This document shows positions 10,125 to 18,388 of a stretch of 64,000 nt of DNA, piece by piece. The stretch is taken from contig JBCDIS010000002.1 of the NCBI GenBank assembly GCA_038748685.1, forward strand, positions 2,226 to 66,225, in the 5' to 3' direction. The notes under the pieces are model-generated. The model made no database searches. It was not told where the DNA came from and saw only the letters and a list, made by a program, of their open reading frames with translations. Both the position numbers and the translations under genes were made by a program. Every line of letters begins with the position of its first letter. The stretch's first letter is position 1. The stretch comes from Acidobacteriota bacterium. GTDB taxonomy: Bacteria > Acidobacteriota > Thermoanaerobaculia > Multivoradales > J023.

Positions 10125-10336
10125 CGCTTGTCATGATGTTTGGGCCTGTTTTTGAATTGATGGACCGGACCAGGCGTACTCGGCCTGGGTAACCTTTGAG
10201 ATCAAAAGACCCGACTGCGATCAAGTTGTTGCGCGTAGGCGTCAAGCGCCCCGATCCACTGACCACATCTCGTTCGAGGAGGAGCAGCCTAGTTCTATGG
10301 TGGAACTGGACGTGCAGCCGAGACTCTAGGGAAAAG

Positions 10337-11311
10337 TCAATCCAAGTCGCTTCGGCAGGCGTCGTCGAACGCGGCTTGGGCCGCGAGCAGGTGGCTCCAG
10401 TCCCGGGACGGGTTCGTCAGGGTGACCGAGAGCCGGTTCCGGCGCTTCTCGAGGTGGCGATCGAGGTCGACGCCCAGGGGGGCCAAGCGCGCGGCGAGCT
10501 CGCAGTAGCGGACGCCGATCCAAGCGGCTTCGTCCAGGTGCTGATCGAACGAGAGGCTGACGGGATCGCCGTCGTAGCCGGCGAGGCGGGCTGCGGTGAA
10601 CGGCCCGGCCCCGGGCCGCTCCCCCCACGTGGGGACAAAGTCTTCTAGGAGATCCAGGGCTTCGGAGGAGTCGGGGACTCCCAGGGGAGCGAGGAGGTGC
10701 CGAGCCCAGTCCCTTCTCTCCAGGAGGTGCAGGTCCAGAAAGAGCGCAATCGCCAAATCGAGCTTGGGGATCTGATCGTTGGGGACCCGGGCGGAGCCGA
10801 CGGCGGGCTGCTTCCACGGCCCGAAGGCCCGAGTAGCCAGAAGGTCCGGCGGCAGGGCCCGCGGTGGCCGGTGGCCGCCGTCGCCGCATTCGTGGGGAGT
10901 CCAGCAGGAGCTGACGGCGTGGTCGTAGTGCAGCGGCGCAACGCCGCCCTCGGCGGTGGCTTCGAGACCTCCGCCCCCCTCGCCGTGGGCGATGGACCGG
11001 CAGTGGTCCTCCCAGTCGATCCTGCACGTGGCGACTTCGGATCCTCCTTGGATGATGGCGGAGGACGCGCAGGGGGCGGTGACCAGGGTCGAAAGGCAGG
11101 ATCGCAGATTCCCTTCGACGATCAGTCGTTCCCCCTGGGCGTCCCCGGCGTCGAGGGCGGAGATGCGCAGGTGGGCGGTGGCGTGGAGGACGCCGCCGCC
11201 GCAGTCGTCGAGGGAAAGATCCGCGTCGGCGACGACCCGGACGGCGAAGAGCGGTGCGCACGACGCGGCCAGGAGCAGGGCGAAGGCCAGGGCGGGGCCG
11301 AGGCGGGACAC
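10337..11311 (-). CDS. Hypothetical secreted protein, Cys-rich N-terminal half plus C-terminal domain paralogous to the upstream gene
   Basis: GTG start immediately follows the TAA of the upstream gene (GTAAGTG junction). Signal peptide. C-terminal 110 aa (FLDLHLLERRDWARHLLAPLGVPDSSEALDLL...WIGVRYCELAARL...AAFDDACR) aligns with the gene at 11312-11821. Confidence 0.6.
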   Translation of the reverse strand: MSRLGPALAFALLLAASCAPLFAVRVVADADLSLDDCGGGVLHATAHLRISALDAGDAQGERLIVEGNLRSCLSTLVTAPCASSAIIQGGSEVATCRIDWEDHCRSIAHGEGGGGLEATAEGGVAPLHYDHAVSSCWTPHECGDGGHRPPRALPPDLLATRAFGPWKQPAVGSARVPNDQIPKLDLAIALFLDLHLLERRDWARHLLAPLGVPDSSEALDLLEDFVPTWGERPGAGPFTAARLAGYDGDPVSLSFDQHLDEAAWIGVRYCELAARLAPLGVDLDRHLEKRRNRLSVTLTNPSRDWSHLLAAQAAFDDACRSDLD

Positions 11312-11821
11312 TTACCCCACCTCCCGGCAGGCCCCGTCGAAGGCTTCCTGGGAGATCTCGATGACCTCGACGGCGCGGTCCAGATCGTCGGTCACGGGGG
11401 AGGAGCCGCTGCGGCGCGCCTCTACCCTCGCCTCCAGAACCTCGGCCGGGAAATCGACGGCGCGGAGCTCCGCGAGGAGGGCGCAGTAGCGCTGACCGAA
11501 CCAGCCGGCGTCGATCCGCGGGTCGACGCTGTTGGGGCGCCGGTCCCACGTGTCGGCGAAGCGTAGGAGGACCCTCGACGCCGCGGAGCTCCGGTCGGAG
11601 ATGCCTAGGGGCTCCAAGACCCGCTGACGCCAGTCTCGGGGGGCGGTGTGGCGGAGGTCCAGGAAGACCTGGACCACGCCGTCCATCTTGGGGACCAGGT
11701 CTGGGGGTATGACGACGGAGCCGGGCCGAGACCCATCAGGCCCTTGCGCGGCCACAGGGGCAGCGAGCCCCACGATCAGCAGAGCCACGAAGCCGTTGCG
11801 AAGACGAAAGTAAGGTTTCAT
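11312..11821 (-). CDS. Hypothetical secreted protein (paralogous domain family with the downstream gene)
   Basis: Signal peptide MKPYFRLRNGFVALLIVGLAAPVAAQG. Domain FLDLRHTAPRDWRQRVLEPLGISDRSSAASRVL...WFGQRYCALLAEL...EAFDGACR. Confidence 0.6.
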   Translation of the reverse strand: MKPYFRLRNGFVALLIVGLAAPVAAQGPDGSRPGSVVIPPDLVPKMDGVVQVFLDLRHTAPRDWRQRVLEPLGISDRSSAASRVLLRFADTWDRRPNSVDPRIDAGWFGQRYCALLAELRAVDFPAEVLEARVEARRSGSSPVTDDLDRAVEVIEISQEAFDGACREVG

Positions 11822-12092
11822 GTTGTGGAACCCTCCCTGGAAGCAACTTCACACCAAAATTAGCCTAAAAATCTGACCTCGTCAATCATTAGGGCTTTCT
11901 GTAGAGTAATCATGAGCAATTGATCTTGGTGCCCGGTCTCAGCCGCGGAGCGGCGACCTTCCGCTAGCTGGGGGCGCGAGCCCCCAGACCCTCAGATCCC
12001 CAGACCTTCCTAGAACCGGAGCACCCCAAGGCCCACCTCCCCACCGCGTTTCGCGGCGATACACTCTGGCCCCATCTGAAACTGAGGAACCC

Positions 12093-13910
12093 ATGCACCT
12101 TCAAACCATCGACTGGATCGTCGTCTGCGCCGTCCTCGGCCTGTCCCTGGCCATCGGCGGATGGGCGGCGCGGCGGGCCGGGGCCAGCGCCGGGGAGTTC
12201 TTCCTCTCCGGCCGCAACATGCCCTGGTGGCTGCTGGGGGTGTCGATGGTGGCGACGACGTTCTCCACCGACACGCCGAACCTGGTGACCGACATTGTGC
12301 GCACCCACGGCGTCGCCGGCAATTGGGTGTGGTGGGCCTTCCTGCTCACCGGCATGGCGACGACCTTCGTCTACGCGCGGCTGTGGCGTCGCTCCGGGGT
12401 GGAGACCGACGTGGGCTTCTACGAGCTGCGGTACTCCGGGCGCTCGGCGGCGTTCCTGCGGGGGTTCCGGGCGGTCTACCTCGGGGCGTTCTTCAACGTC
12501 ATGATCATGGCCACCGTGACCCTCGCGGCGATCAAGCTGGGGGGAGCCCTGTTGGGGCTGTCCCCGGTGACGACGGTGGCGGTGGCGGGCACGGTGACGG
12601 TGATCTACTGCATGCTCGGTGGGCTCACGGGGGTGATCGTCGCCGACTTCCTTCAGTTCGGCCTGGCGATGGCGGGGTCCCTGGCGGCGGCGTGGTACGC
12701 CCTCGATCGGCCCGAGGTGGGGGGGCTCGAAGGGCTGCTGAGCCACCCCGACGTCGCCCCGCGGCTCGCCCTGGTGCCGGACCCATCGGACACGGGGCTC
12801 CTGGTGAGCCTCCTGGTGGTTCCGCTGGCGGTGCAGTGGTGGAGCGTCTGGTACCCGGGGGCGGAGCCCGGAGGGGGTGGCTACGTGGCCCAGCGGATGC
12901 TGGCGGCCCGCAGCGAGGGGCATGCCCAGGGGGCGACGCTGCTATTCAACGTGGCCCACTACGCCCTGCGGCCCTGGCCTTGGATCCTGGTGGCCCTGGC
13001 GTCGATCCTGGTGTTTCCGGATCTCGATTCCCTGCGGCGGGCCTTCCCCGCCGCCGACCCGTCGGTGGTGGGTCACGACATGGCCTACGCCGCCATGCTC
13101 ACCTTCCTGCCGGCGGGGCTCCTCGGTCTGGTGGTGGCGTCCCTGGCGGCGGCCTATATGTCGACGATGTCGACCCACCTCAACTGGGGGGCGTCCTACC
13201 TGGTCCACGACGTTTACCGCCGTTTCGTCGATCCAGGGGCGACGGAGCGCCAGCTGGTGCGGGTCGGCCGGGCGTCGACGGTGGTGCTGATGGCCCTCGC
13301 CTGCGGGGTGTCCCTGCTGCTGTCGAACGCCCTCCAGGCGTTCCAGATCTTGCTCCAGATCGGCGCCGGGACGGGTCTACTCTTCCTGCTGCGCTGGTTC
13401 TGGTGGCGGGTGAACGCCGCCGCCGAGCTGGTGGCCATGGGGGTGTCGTTCCTCGTGGCGTTGTACCTACAGTTTTTCCACGACAGTCTCTTCGACTTCC
13501 CCCTGGCGGACTGGCAGCGGCTGGTGCTCGGCGTCGGCGTGACCACCGCGGCTTGGCTGGCGGCGGCGCTGCTCGGTCCGCGGACCGACGAGGCGGTGCT
13601 GCGGAGCTTCGTGCGTACCGTTCGGCCCGATGGCCCGGGGTGGAGGGCGGTGCGTCGTCGCGCCGCCGCCGAGGGCGTGCCCCTGCCGGAGGGACCCTCC
13701 GAGCTGCCCCTCGGCATTGCCTGCATGGTGCTGGGGTCGACGGCGGTCTACTCCGCCCTCTTCGCCACCGGGCGCTTCCTCTACGGCCAACCGGCCTCCG
13801 GCGCGGTCCTCGCGTTCTGCGCCGTGGCCTGCGCTTACGGCATTCGACGGCTCTGGGGTCGCCGCCCCTCGGGACGCCCGCCCTCGTCGCGCCAGGGGGT
13901 GACGGCGTGA
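12093..13910 (+). CDS. Sodium:solute symporter family (SSF) transporter
   Basis: 605 aa, about 14 TM helices, SSF signature region (GEFFLSGRNMPWWLLGVSMVATTFSTDTPNLV). RBS GAGGAA precedes the ATG. Its stop overlaps the start of the next gene (GTGA). Confidence 0.85.
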   Translation: MHLQTIDWIVVCAVLGLSLAIGGWAARRAGASAGEFFLSGRNMPWWLLGVSMVATTFSTDTPNLVTDIVRTHGVAGNWVWWAFLLTGMATTFVYARLWRRSGVETDVGFYELRYSGRSAAFLRGFRAVYLGAFFNVMIMATVTLAAIKLGGALLGLSPVTTVAVAGTVTVIYCMLGGLTGVIVADFLQFGLAMAGSLAAAWYALDRPEVGGLEGLLSHPDVAPRLALVPDPSDTGLLVSLLVVPLAVQWWSVWYPGAEPGGGGYVAQRMLAARSEGHAQGATLLFNVAHYALRPWPWILVALASILVFPDLDSLRRAFPAADPSVVGHDMAYAAMLTFLPAGLLGLVVASLAAAYMSTMSTHLNWGASYLVHDVYRRFVDPGATERQLVRVGRASTVVLMALACGVSLLLSNALQAFQILLQIGAGTGLLFLLRWFWWRVNAAAELVAMGVSFLVALYLQFFHDSLFDFPLADWQRLVLGVGVTTAAWLAAALLGPRTDEAVLRSFVRTVRPDGPGWRAVRRRAAAEGVPLPEGPSELPLGIACMVLGSTAVYSALFATGRFLYGQPASGAVLAFCAVACAYGIRRLWGRRPSGRPPSSRQGVTA

Positions 13911-16900
13911 GGGGGCTCTGGCGGGTGCTCGTGCTTGCGGTGGCGGTCGTCTCGGCGCCGGCTCTCTCCGCGGCGCCGGTGCAAGACTCCCTGCTGAGCG
14001 ACGGGGCGGCGTGGGTCGAGGAAACCCTCCAGCGCCTGACCCTGGAGCAGAAGGCGGCGCAGCTGGTGATGGTGCGGTCCTTCGGTCAGCACGCCCACCC
14101 CCGCTCGGAGACGCGGACCGAGCTGCGGCGTCTCGTCTCAGAGGTGGGGGTCGGCGGCGTGGTGGTCTTCGACTCGGACCTCGAGTCCATCCCGTCGCTG
14201 CTGGCGGACCTGCAGCGGGCGGCCGTGGACGGACCGTCAGAGGTGCCGTTGCTGGTGGCCTCGGACCTCGAGCGGGGGCTGAGCTTTCGGGTGCGGCGCG
14301 GGTCGGTGCCCCTGCCGACGGCCCTGGCGGTAGGGGCCACCGGCTCGGCGGAGGCGGCGCGGTTCTACGGTGAGGTGACGGCCCGGGAGGCGCGGGCGGT
14401 GGGGATCCACTGGGTGTTCGCGCCGGTGGCGGACGTCAACAGCAATCCGGCGAACCCGGTGATCCACGTGCGCTCCTTCGGCGAGGATCCTGGCCGCGTG
14501 GGGGACATGGTGGCGGCCTTCGTCGAGGGTGCCCGGGGGGACGACCTGGCGAAAACGGGGGTGATGACGTCGGCCAAGCACTTCCCCGGCCACGGGGACA
14601 CCGCCATCGACAGCCACGTCTCCCTACCGACCCTGGAGGTCGACCGGGCTCGCCTCGACGCCATGGAGCTGGTGCCCTTTCGCCGCGCCATCGAGGCGGG
14701 GGTGGATTCCGTGATGCTCGGCCATGTCTCGGTGCCGGCCCTCGATCCGTCGGGGGCCCCGGCCACCCTGTCGCCGGCCATGGTCACCGATCTGCTGCGC
14801 CGTGACCTGGGGTTCGGCGGGCTGGTGGTGACCGACGCCATCGAGATGGCGGCCCTCGACGGGGTGGCCCCCGGGTGGGACGGCGGCGCGGCGGTGGCGG
14901 CGGTGATCGCCGGGGCCGACGTCGTCCTTCTGCCCAAGGATACTCGGGCAGCGGTCCAGGCCCTGGCCAGCGCGGTGCGGGAGGGGCAGCTCACCGAAGG
15001 GCGCCTCGACGCTTCGGTGCGGCGGGTGCTGGAGGCGAAGGCCAGGCTCGGGCTGCATCGAGATCGGAGCCCGGAGCCAAGGCTCGGGGAAATCGCCCGG
15101 CCGGAGGACCTGGCCCGCGCTGCGGAGATGGCCCGGGAGTCGGTCACCCTCGTACGGGACAGGGACGACCTGGTGCCGTTGCCGATGGAGGAGCCCCTGC
15201 GGCTGCTGCACGTGGCGGTCACCGGACGCAGCACGGAATGGGTCACCGACGCGCTGGAGGCCCGGGGGGTCGACGTCGCGACCCGGCGCCTCGGCTGGGA
15301 GGTCTCGGAGGCCACCGCCGGCAACATCCTGGCCCGGGCCCCCAAATTCACCCATATCGTGGTGTCTTCCTTCGGGCGGACGCCGGGGGCGGAGCTGTCG
15401 TCGTCGGCCCTCTATCTGCTGAAGCGATTGATGCGCTTGCGGGATGACGGCGGGCCGCCGGTGATTCTCCTGGGGCTCAGCAGCCCGTACCTGCTGGCGA
15501 AGCTGCCCGGCGCCCCAACCTACCTCTGCACCTACGGCTCGGCCTCGACCAGCCAGGAGGCGGCGGTTGCTGCGCTCTTGGGGGAGACGGCGGTGGGGGG
15601 ACGGCTGCCGGTGACGCTGCCCGGCCTCTATCCGTTGGGTCACGGGCTGGATCGTCCCCGCCGGGACCTGACCCTAGGGGAGGCGCCGATGGACGACGCT
15701 GCGGAATACCCAATGGCGGAGGTGGATCGTCTACTCGAAGGTTTCGTGGCGGAGGGAGCGTTCCCCGGGGCGGTCCTCGCGGTGGGCCACCGCGGTCGGC
15801 TCGTCCACCACCGGGCCTACGGGCGGCTGTCGTACGACGACGGCGCCCCCGCGGTGGAGGTCGAGACGCGGTACGACCTCGCCAGCCTCACCAAGGTGAT
15901 CGCCACCACCACCATGGCGATGATCTTGGTGGACGAAGGCCGCCTAGACCTCGACCTGCCGGTGCGGGCCGTGCTGCCCCGCTTCGAGGGTCCGGGGAAG
16001 GAAGCGGTCACCGTCCGCCATCTCTTGACCCACGCCTCGGGGGTCGACTGGTGGGCTCCGCTCTACGAAGAGCTAGAAGGGAAGGACGCCTACCTCGAAC
16101 GGATCCAGGCCATGGACCTGGTGGCGGAGCCGGGTACCGTCACCCGCTACAGCGACCTCGGGGTGATGCTCCTGGGGGAGGTCTTGGAGCGGGTGGCGGG
16201 GGAGCCGCTGGACGTCTTTGTGGAGCGGCGGGTCTTCGGCCCCCTCGGCATGGGGGCCACGGGCTTCCTGCCGAACCGGGCCCTGTGGAGCGCCATCGCC
16301 CCCACCGAGCGGGATCCTTGGCGGGGTCGGGTGCTCCAGGGGGAGGTCCACGACGAGAACGCCCACGCTCTGGGCGGCGTTGCCCCCCACGCGGGCCTCT
16401 TCGGCACCGCCGGTGATCTCTCCCGCTTCGCCCAGATGCTGCTGTGGGGGGGCGCCTATGACCACCATCGCCTCGTGTCGCGGCCGACGGTGGAGGCGTT
16501 CACCCGTCGCGCCGGCGTGGTGGAGGGGTCGGACCGCGCCCTCGGTTGGGACACCAGGTCTGCCACCGGGTCGTCCGCCGGGGGTCTTTTCTCCCCGGAT
16601 TCCTTCGGCCACACCGGCTTCACCGGGACGTCGATGTGGATCGATCCGAAGCGGGAGCTCTTCGTCGTCCTGCTCACCAATCGGGTCCACCCGACGCGGG
16701 AGAACCGGCGGATCCGCCAGGTGCGACCCGCCGTCCACGACGCGGTGGTGCGGGCTCTGGGACTGGTGGAGAAGCAGGCGGGCCAGGTGGAGGTGGGGCT
16801 GGACCGACTGGCGTCTGGGGACGCAGACGTCTTGGCTCAGCTGGAGGGGCGTCGCCTCGGTCTGGTGGCCCACGCCGCGTCCCTCACCGCGGACGGTCGC

Positions 16901-17944
16901 CACGCCATCGACGTGCTGCGGGGTCTGGGCCTCGATCTGGTGCGGCTCTTCGGGCCGGAGCACGGCCTGCGGGGGCGGGCCGCGGCGGGGGAGTCGGTGG
17001 ACGACGGCGTCGACCCGCGGAGCGGCCTGCCGGTGGTGAGCCTCTACGGCGCCCGCCGGGCCCCGTCCCCTGAGGACCTCGCCGATCTCGATGCCTTGGT
17101 ATTCGACCTACAGGGGGCCGGGGTCCGTTTCTACACCTACGTCAGCACCCTGCTCCTCTGCCTCGACGCCGCCGCCGAGGCCGGTCTGCCCCTGGTGGTC
17201 CTCGATCGTCCCAATCCCCTCGGGGGGGAGCGGATCGAAGGACCGGTGTCGGCGCCGCGGGACGAGGTGGCCGCCAGCTTCCTCAACCTGGCGCCGGGTC
17301 CCCTCGTCCACGGCCTGACCCTCGGCGAGATGGCGCGGTACGCCAACGCCCGGAGGGAGCGTCCCGTCGAGCTTCGCGTGGTGCCGATGGGGGGCTGGAC
17401 CCGTTCGATGACCTGGTTCGACACTGGGCTACCGTGGACAGCGCCGTCGCCGAACCTGCGTTCCCCCGAGGCGGCCCTGGTCTACCCCGGGGTGGCGTTT
17501 CTGGAGGCCACCAACGTTTCGGAGGGTCGCGGCACCGAAGCCCCGTTTCTGCGGGTGGGGGCGCCGTGGCTCGACGGCGCTGCGGACCCGCCGACGGTCC
17601 CGGGGGTGGAGCTGACGCCCACCCGCTTCGAGCCGAAGTCTTCGCCGGCGGCGCCGTCCCCCAAGCACCTGTGGAGGACCTGCGACGGCTGGCGCCTAGA
17701 CGTGACGGATCCGAAACAGGTAGAGCCGTACCGCCTCGGCCTCACCCTGCTGAAGGCACTGTCGACGCACCCGGAGTTCACCTGGCGCGACCGCGGCGAG
17801 GCCCTCACCCGCCTGCTGGGTACCCCCGCGGTGCTAGAAGCCCTCGAACGGGGGGACCCGGTGGACGACGTGGTTGCCGCCGACGTCCCCGGTCACCGGG
17901 AGTGGCGAGAGGCCCGGCGTTCGTCGCTCCTCTATCCAGAGTAG
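13907..17944 (+). CDS. Secreted tri-domain peptidoglycan-fragment hydrolase: GH3 NagZ-like beta-N-acetylglucosaminidase + beta-lactamase-fold (AmiE/AmpH-like) + DUF1343/NamZ-like exo-beta-N-acetylmuramidase
   Basis: 1345 aa from GTG 13907 (signal peptide MRGLWRVLVLAVAVVSAPALSAAP). GH3 motifs (KHFPGHGDTAIDSH) in aa 30-600. Serine beta-lactamase fold with S-x-x-K (DLASLTKVIATT), YSN-like (RYSDLG) and HTG (GHTGFTGTS) in aa 610-960. DUF1343/YbbC-like region in aa 975-1345. The 1927-aa ORF in the track is an artefact of an upstream extension in the same frame. Confidence 0.85.
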   Translation: MRGLWRVLVLAVAVVSAPALSAAPVQDSLLSDGAAWVEETLQRLTLEQKAAQLVMVRSFGQHAHPRSETRTELRRLVSEVGVGGVVVFDSDLESIPSLLADLQRAAVDGPSEVPLLVASDLERGLSFRVRRGSVPLPTALAVGATGSAEAARFYGEVTAREARAVGIHWVFAPVADVNSNPANPVIHVRSFGEDPGRVGDMVAAFVEGARGDDLAKTGVMTSAKHFPGHGDTAIDSHVSLPTLEVDRARLDAMELVPFRRAIEAGVDSVMLGHVSVPALDPSGAPATLSPAMVTDLLRRDLGFGGLVVTDAIEMAALDGVAPGWDGGAAVAAVIAGADVVLLPKDTRAAVQALASAVREGQLTEGRLDASVRRVLEAKARLGLHRDRSPEPRLGEIARPEDLARAAEMARESVTLVRDRDDLVPLPMEEPLRLLHVAVTGRSTEWVTDALEARGVDVATRRLGWEVSEATAGNILARAPKFTHIVVSSFGRTPGAELSSSALYLLKRLMRLRDDGGPPVILLGLSSPYLLAKLPGAPTYLCTYGSASTSQEAAVAALLGETAVGGRLPVTLPGLYPLGHGLDRPRRDLTLGEAPMDDAAEYPMAEVDRLLEGFVAEGAFPGAVLAVGHRGRLVHHRAYGRLSYDDGAPAVEVETRYDLASLTKVIATTTMAMILVDEGRLDLDLPVRAVLPRFEGPGKEAVTVRHLLTHASGVDWWAPLYEELEGKDAYLERIQAMDLVAEPGTVTRYSDLGVMLLGEVLERVAGEPLDVFVERRVFGPLGMGATGFLPNRALWSAIAPTERDPWRGRVLQGEVHDENAHALGGVAPHAGLFGTAGDLSRFAQMLLWGGAYDHHRLVSRPTVEAFTRRAGVVEGSDRALGWDTRSATGSSAGGLFSPDSFGHTGFTGTSMWIDPKRELFVVLLTNRVHPTRENRRIRQVRPAVHDAVVRALGLVEKQAGQVEVGLDRLASGDADVLAQLEGRRLGLVAHAASLTADGRHAIDVLRGLGLDLVRLFGPEHGLRGRAAAGESVDDGVDPRSGLPVVSLYGARRAPSPEDLADLDALVFDLQGAGVRFYTYVSTLLLCLDAAAEAGLPLVVLDRPNPLGGERIEGPVSAPRDEVAASFLNLAPGPLVHGLTLGEMARYANARRERPVELRVVPMGGWTRSMTWFDTGLPWTAPSPNLRSPEAALVYPGVAFLEATNVSEGRGTEAPFLRVGAPWLDGAADPPTVPGVELTPTRFEPKSSPAAPSPKHLWRTCDGWRLDVTDPKQVEPYRLGLTLLKALSTHPEFTWRDRGEALTRLLGTPAVLEALERGDPVDDVVAADVPGHREWREARRSSLLYPE

Positions 17945-17983
17945 TCCTTACCCGGAGTCGTCCTGCCCTGGAGCCTCGCTTGT

Positions 17984-18382
17984 GGGTCGTCCCGCGGTTC
18001 TGCGCGCGGCCTGCAAAACTCGCGGGTTCGTTGTGGCTTGGGCGTTGCCGTGTCCAGGTTCAGGGCGTCCTACCGAATCGGCCGCTGTTCCAGCTCGGAC
18101 AGTTTCGGCCGTGCTCGAATCCGCGGGACTCGCTCGACCGCTGTTTGAATGGTGAAAGGCCGGGGTCGGGTCGTCCCGCGGTTCTGCGCGCGGTCTGCAA
18201 AACTCGCGGGTTCGTTGGGGCTGGGCGTGGTCGTGCCCAGGTTCAGGGCGTCCTACCGAATCGGCCGTTGTTCCAGCTCGGACAGTTTCGGCCGTGCTCG
18301 AATCCGCGGGACTCGCTCGACCGTTGTTTGAATGGTGAAAGGCCGGGGTCGGGTCGTCCCGCAGTTCTGCGAGCGGCTGACG
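17984..18382. repeat. Tandem direct repeat, 184-bp unit, 2.2 copies, in convergent intergenic region
   Basis: Copies start at 17984, 18168 and 18351 (the last truncated after about 32 bp). Copies 1 and 2 are about 95% identical. Each unit starts with GTCCCGCGG and contains its reverse complement CCGCGGGAC about 135 nt downstream. Confidence 0.8.
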
Positions 18383-18388
18383 TTCTTC

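Noticed and set aside
12161-17944. 1927-aa ORF in the six-frame track
   Set aside because: Its first about 1.75 kb overlaps the symporter gene in a different frame, with a Gly/Arg/Pro-rich junk translation. The real gene begins at GTG 13907 with a clean signal peptide. The long ORF is an upstream open-frame extension typical of high-GC DNA.
17984-18382. Tandem repeat considered as a CRISPR array or DGR template/variable repeat
   Set aside because: The 184-bp unit is far longer than CRISPR repeats, and the copies abut with no spacers. Inter-copy differences are not adenine-specific and no reverse transcriptase is nearby. It was therefore classed as a plain tandem repeat.
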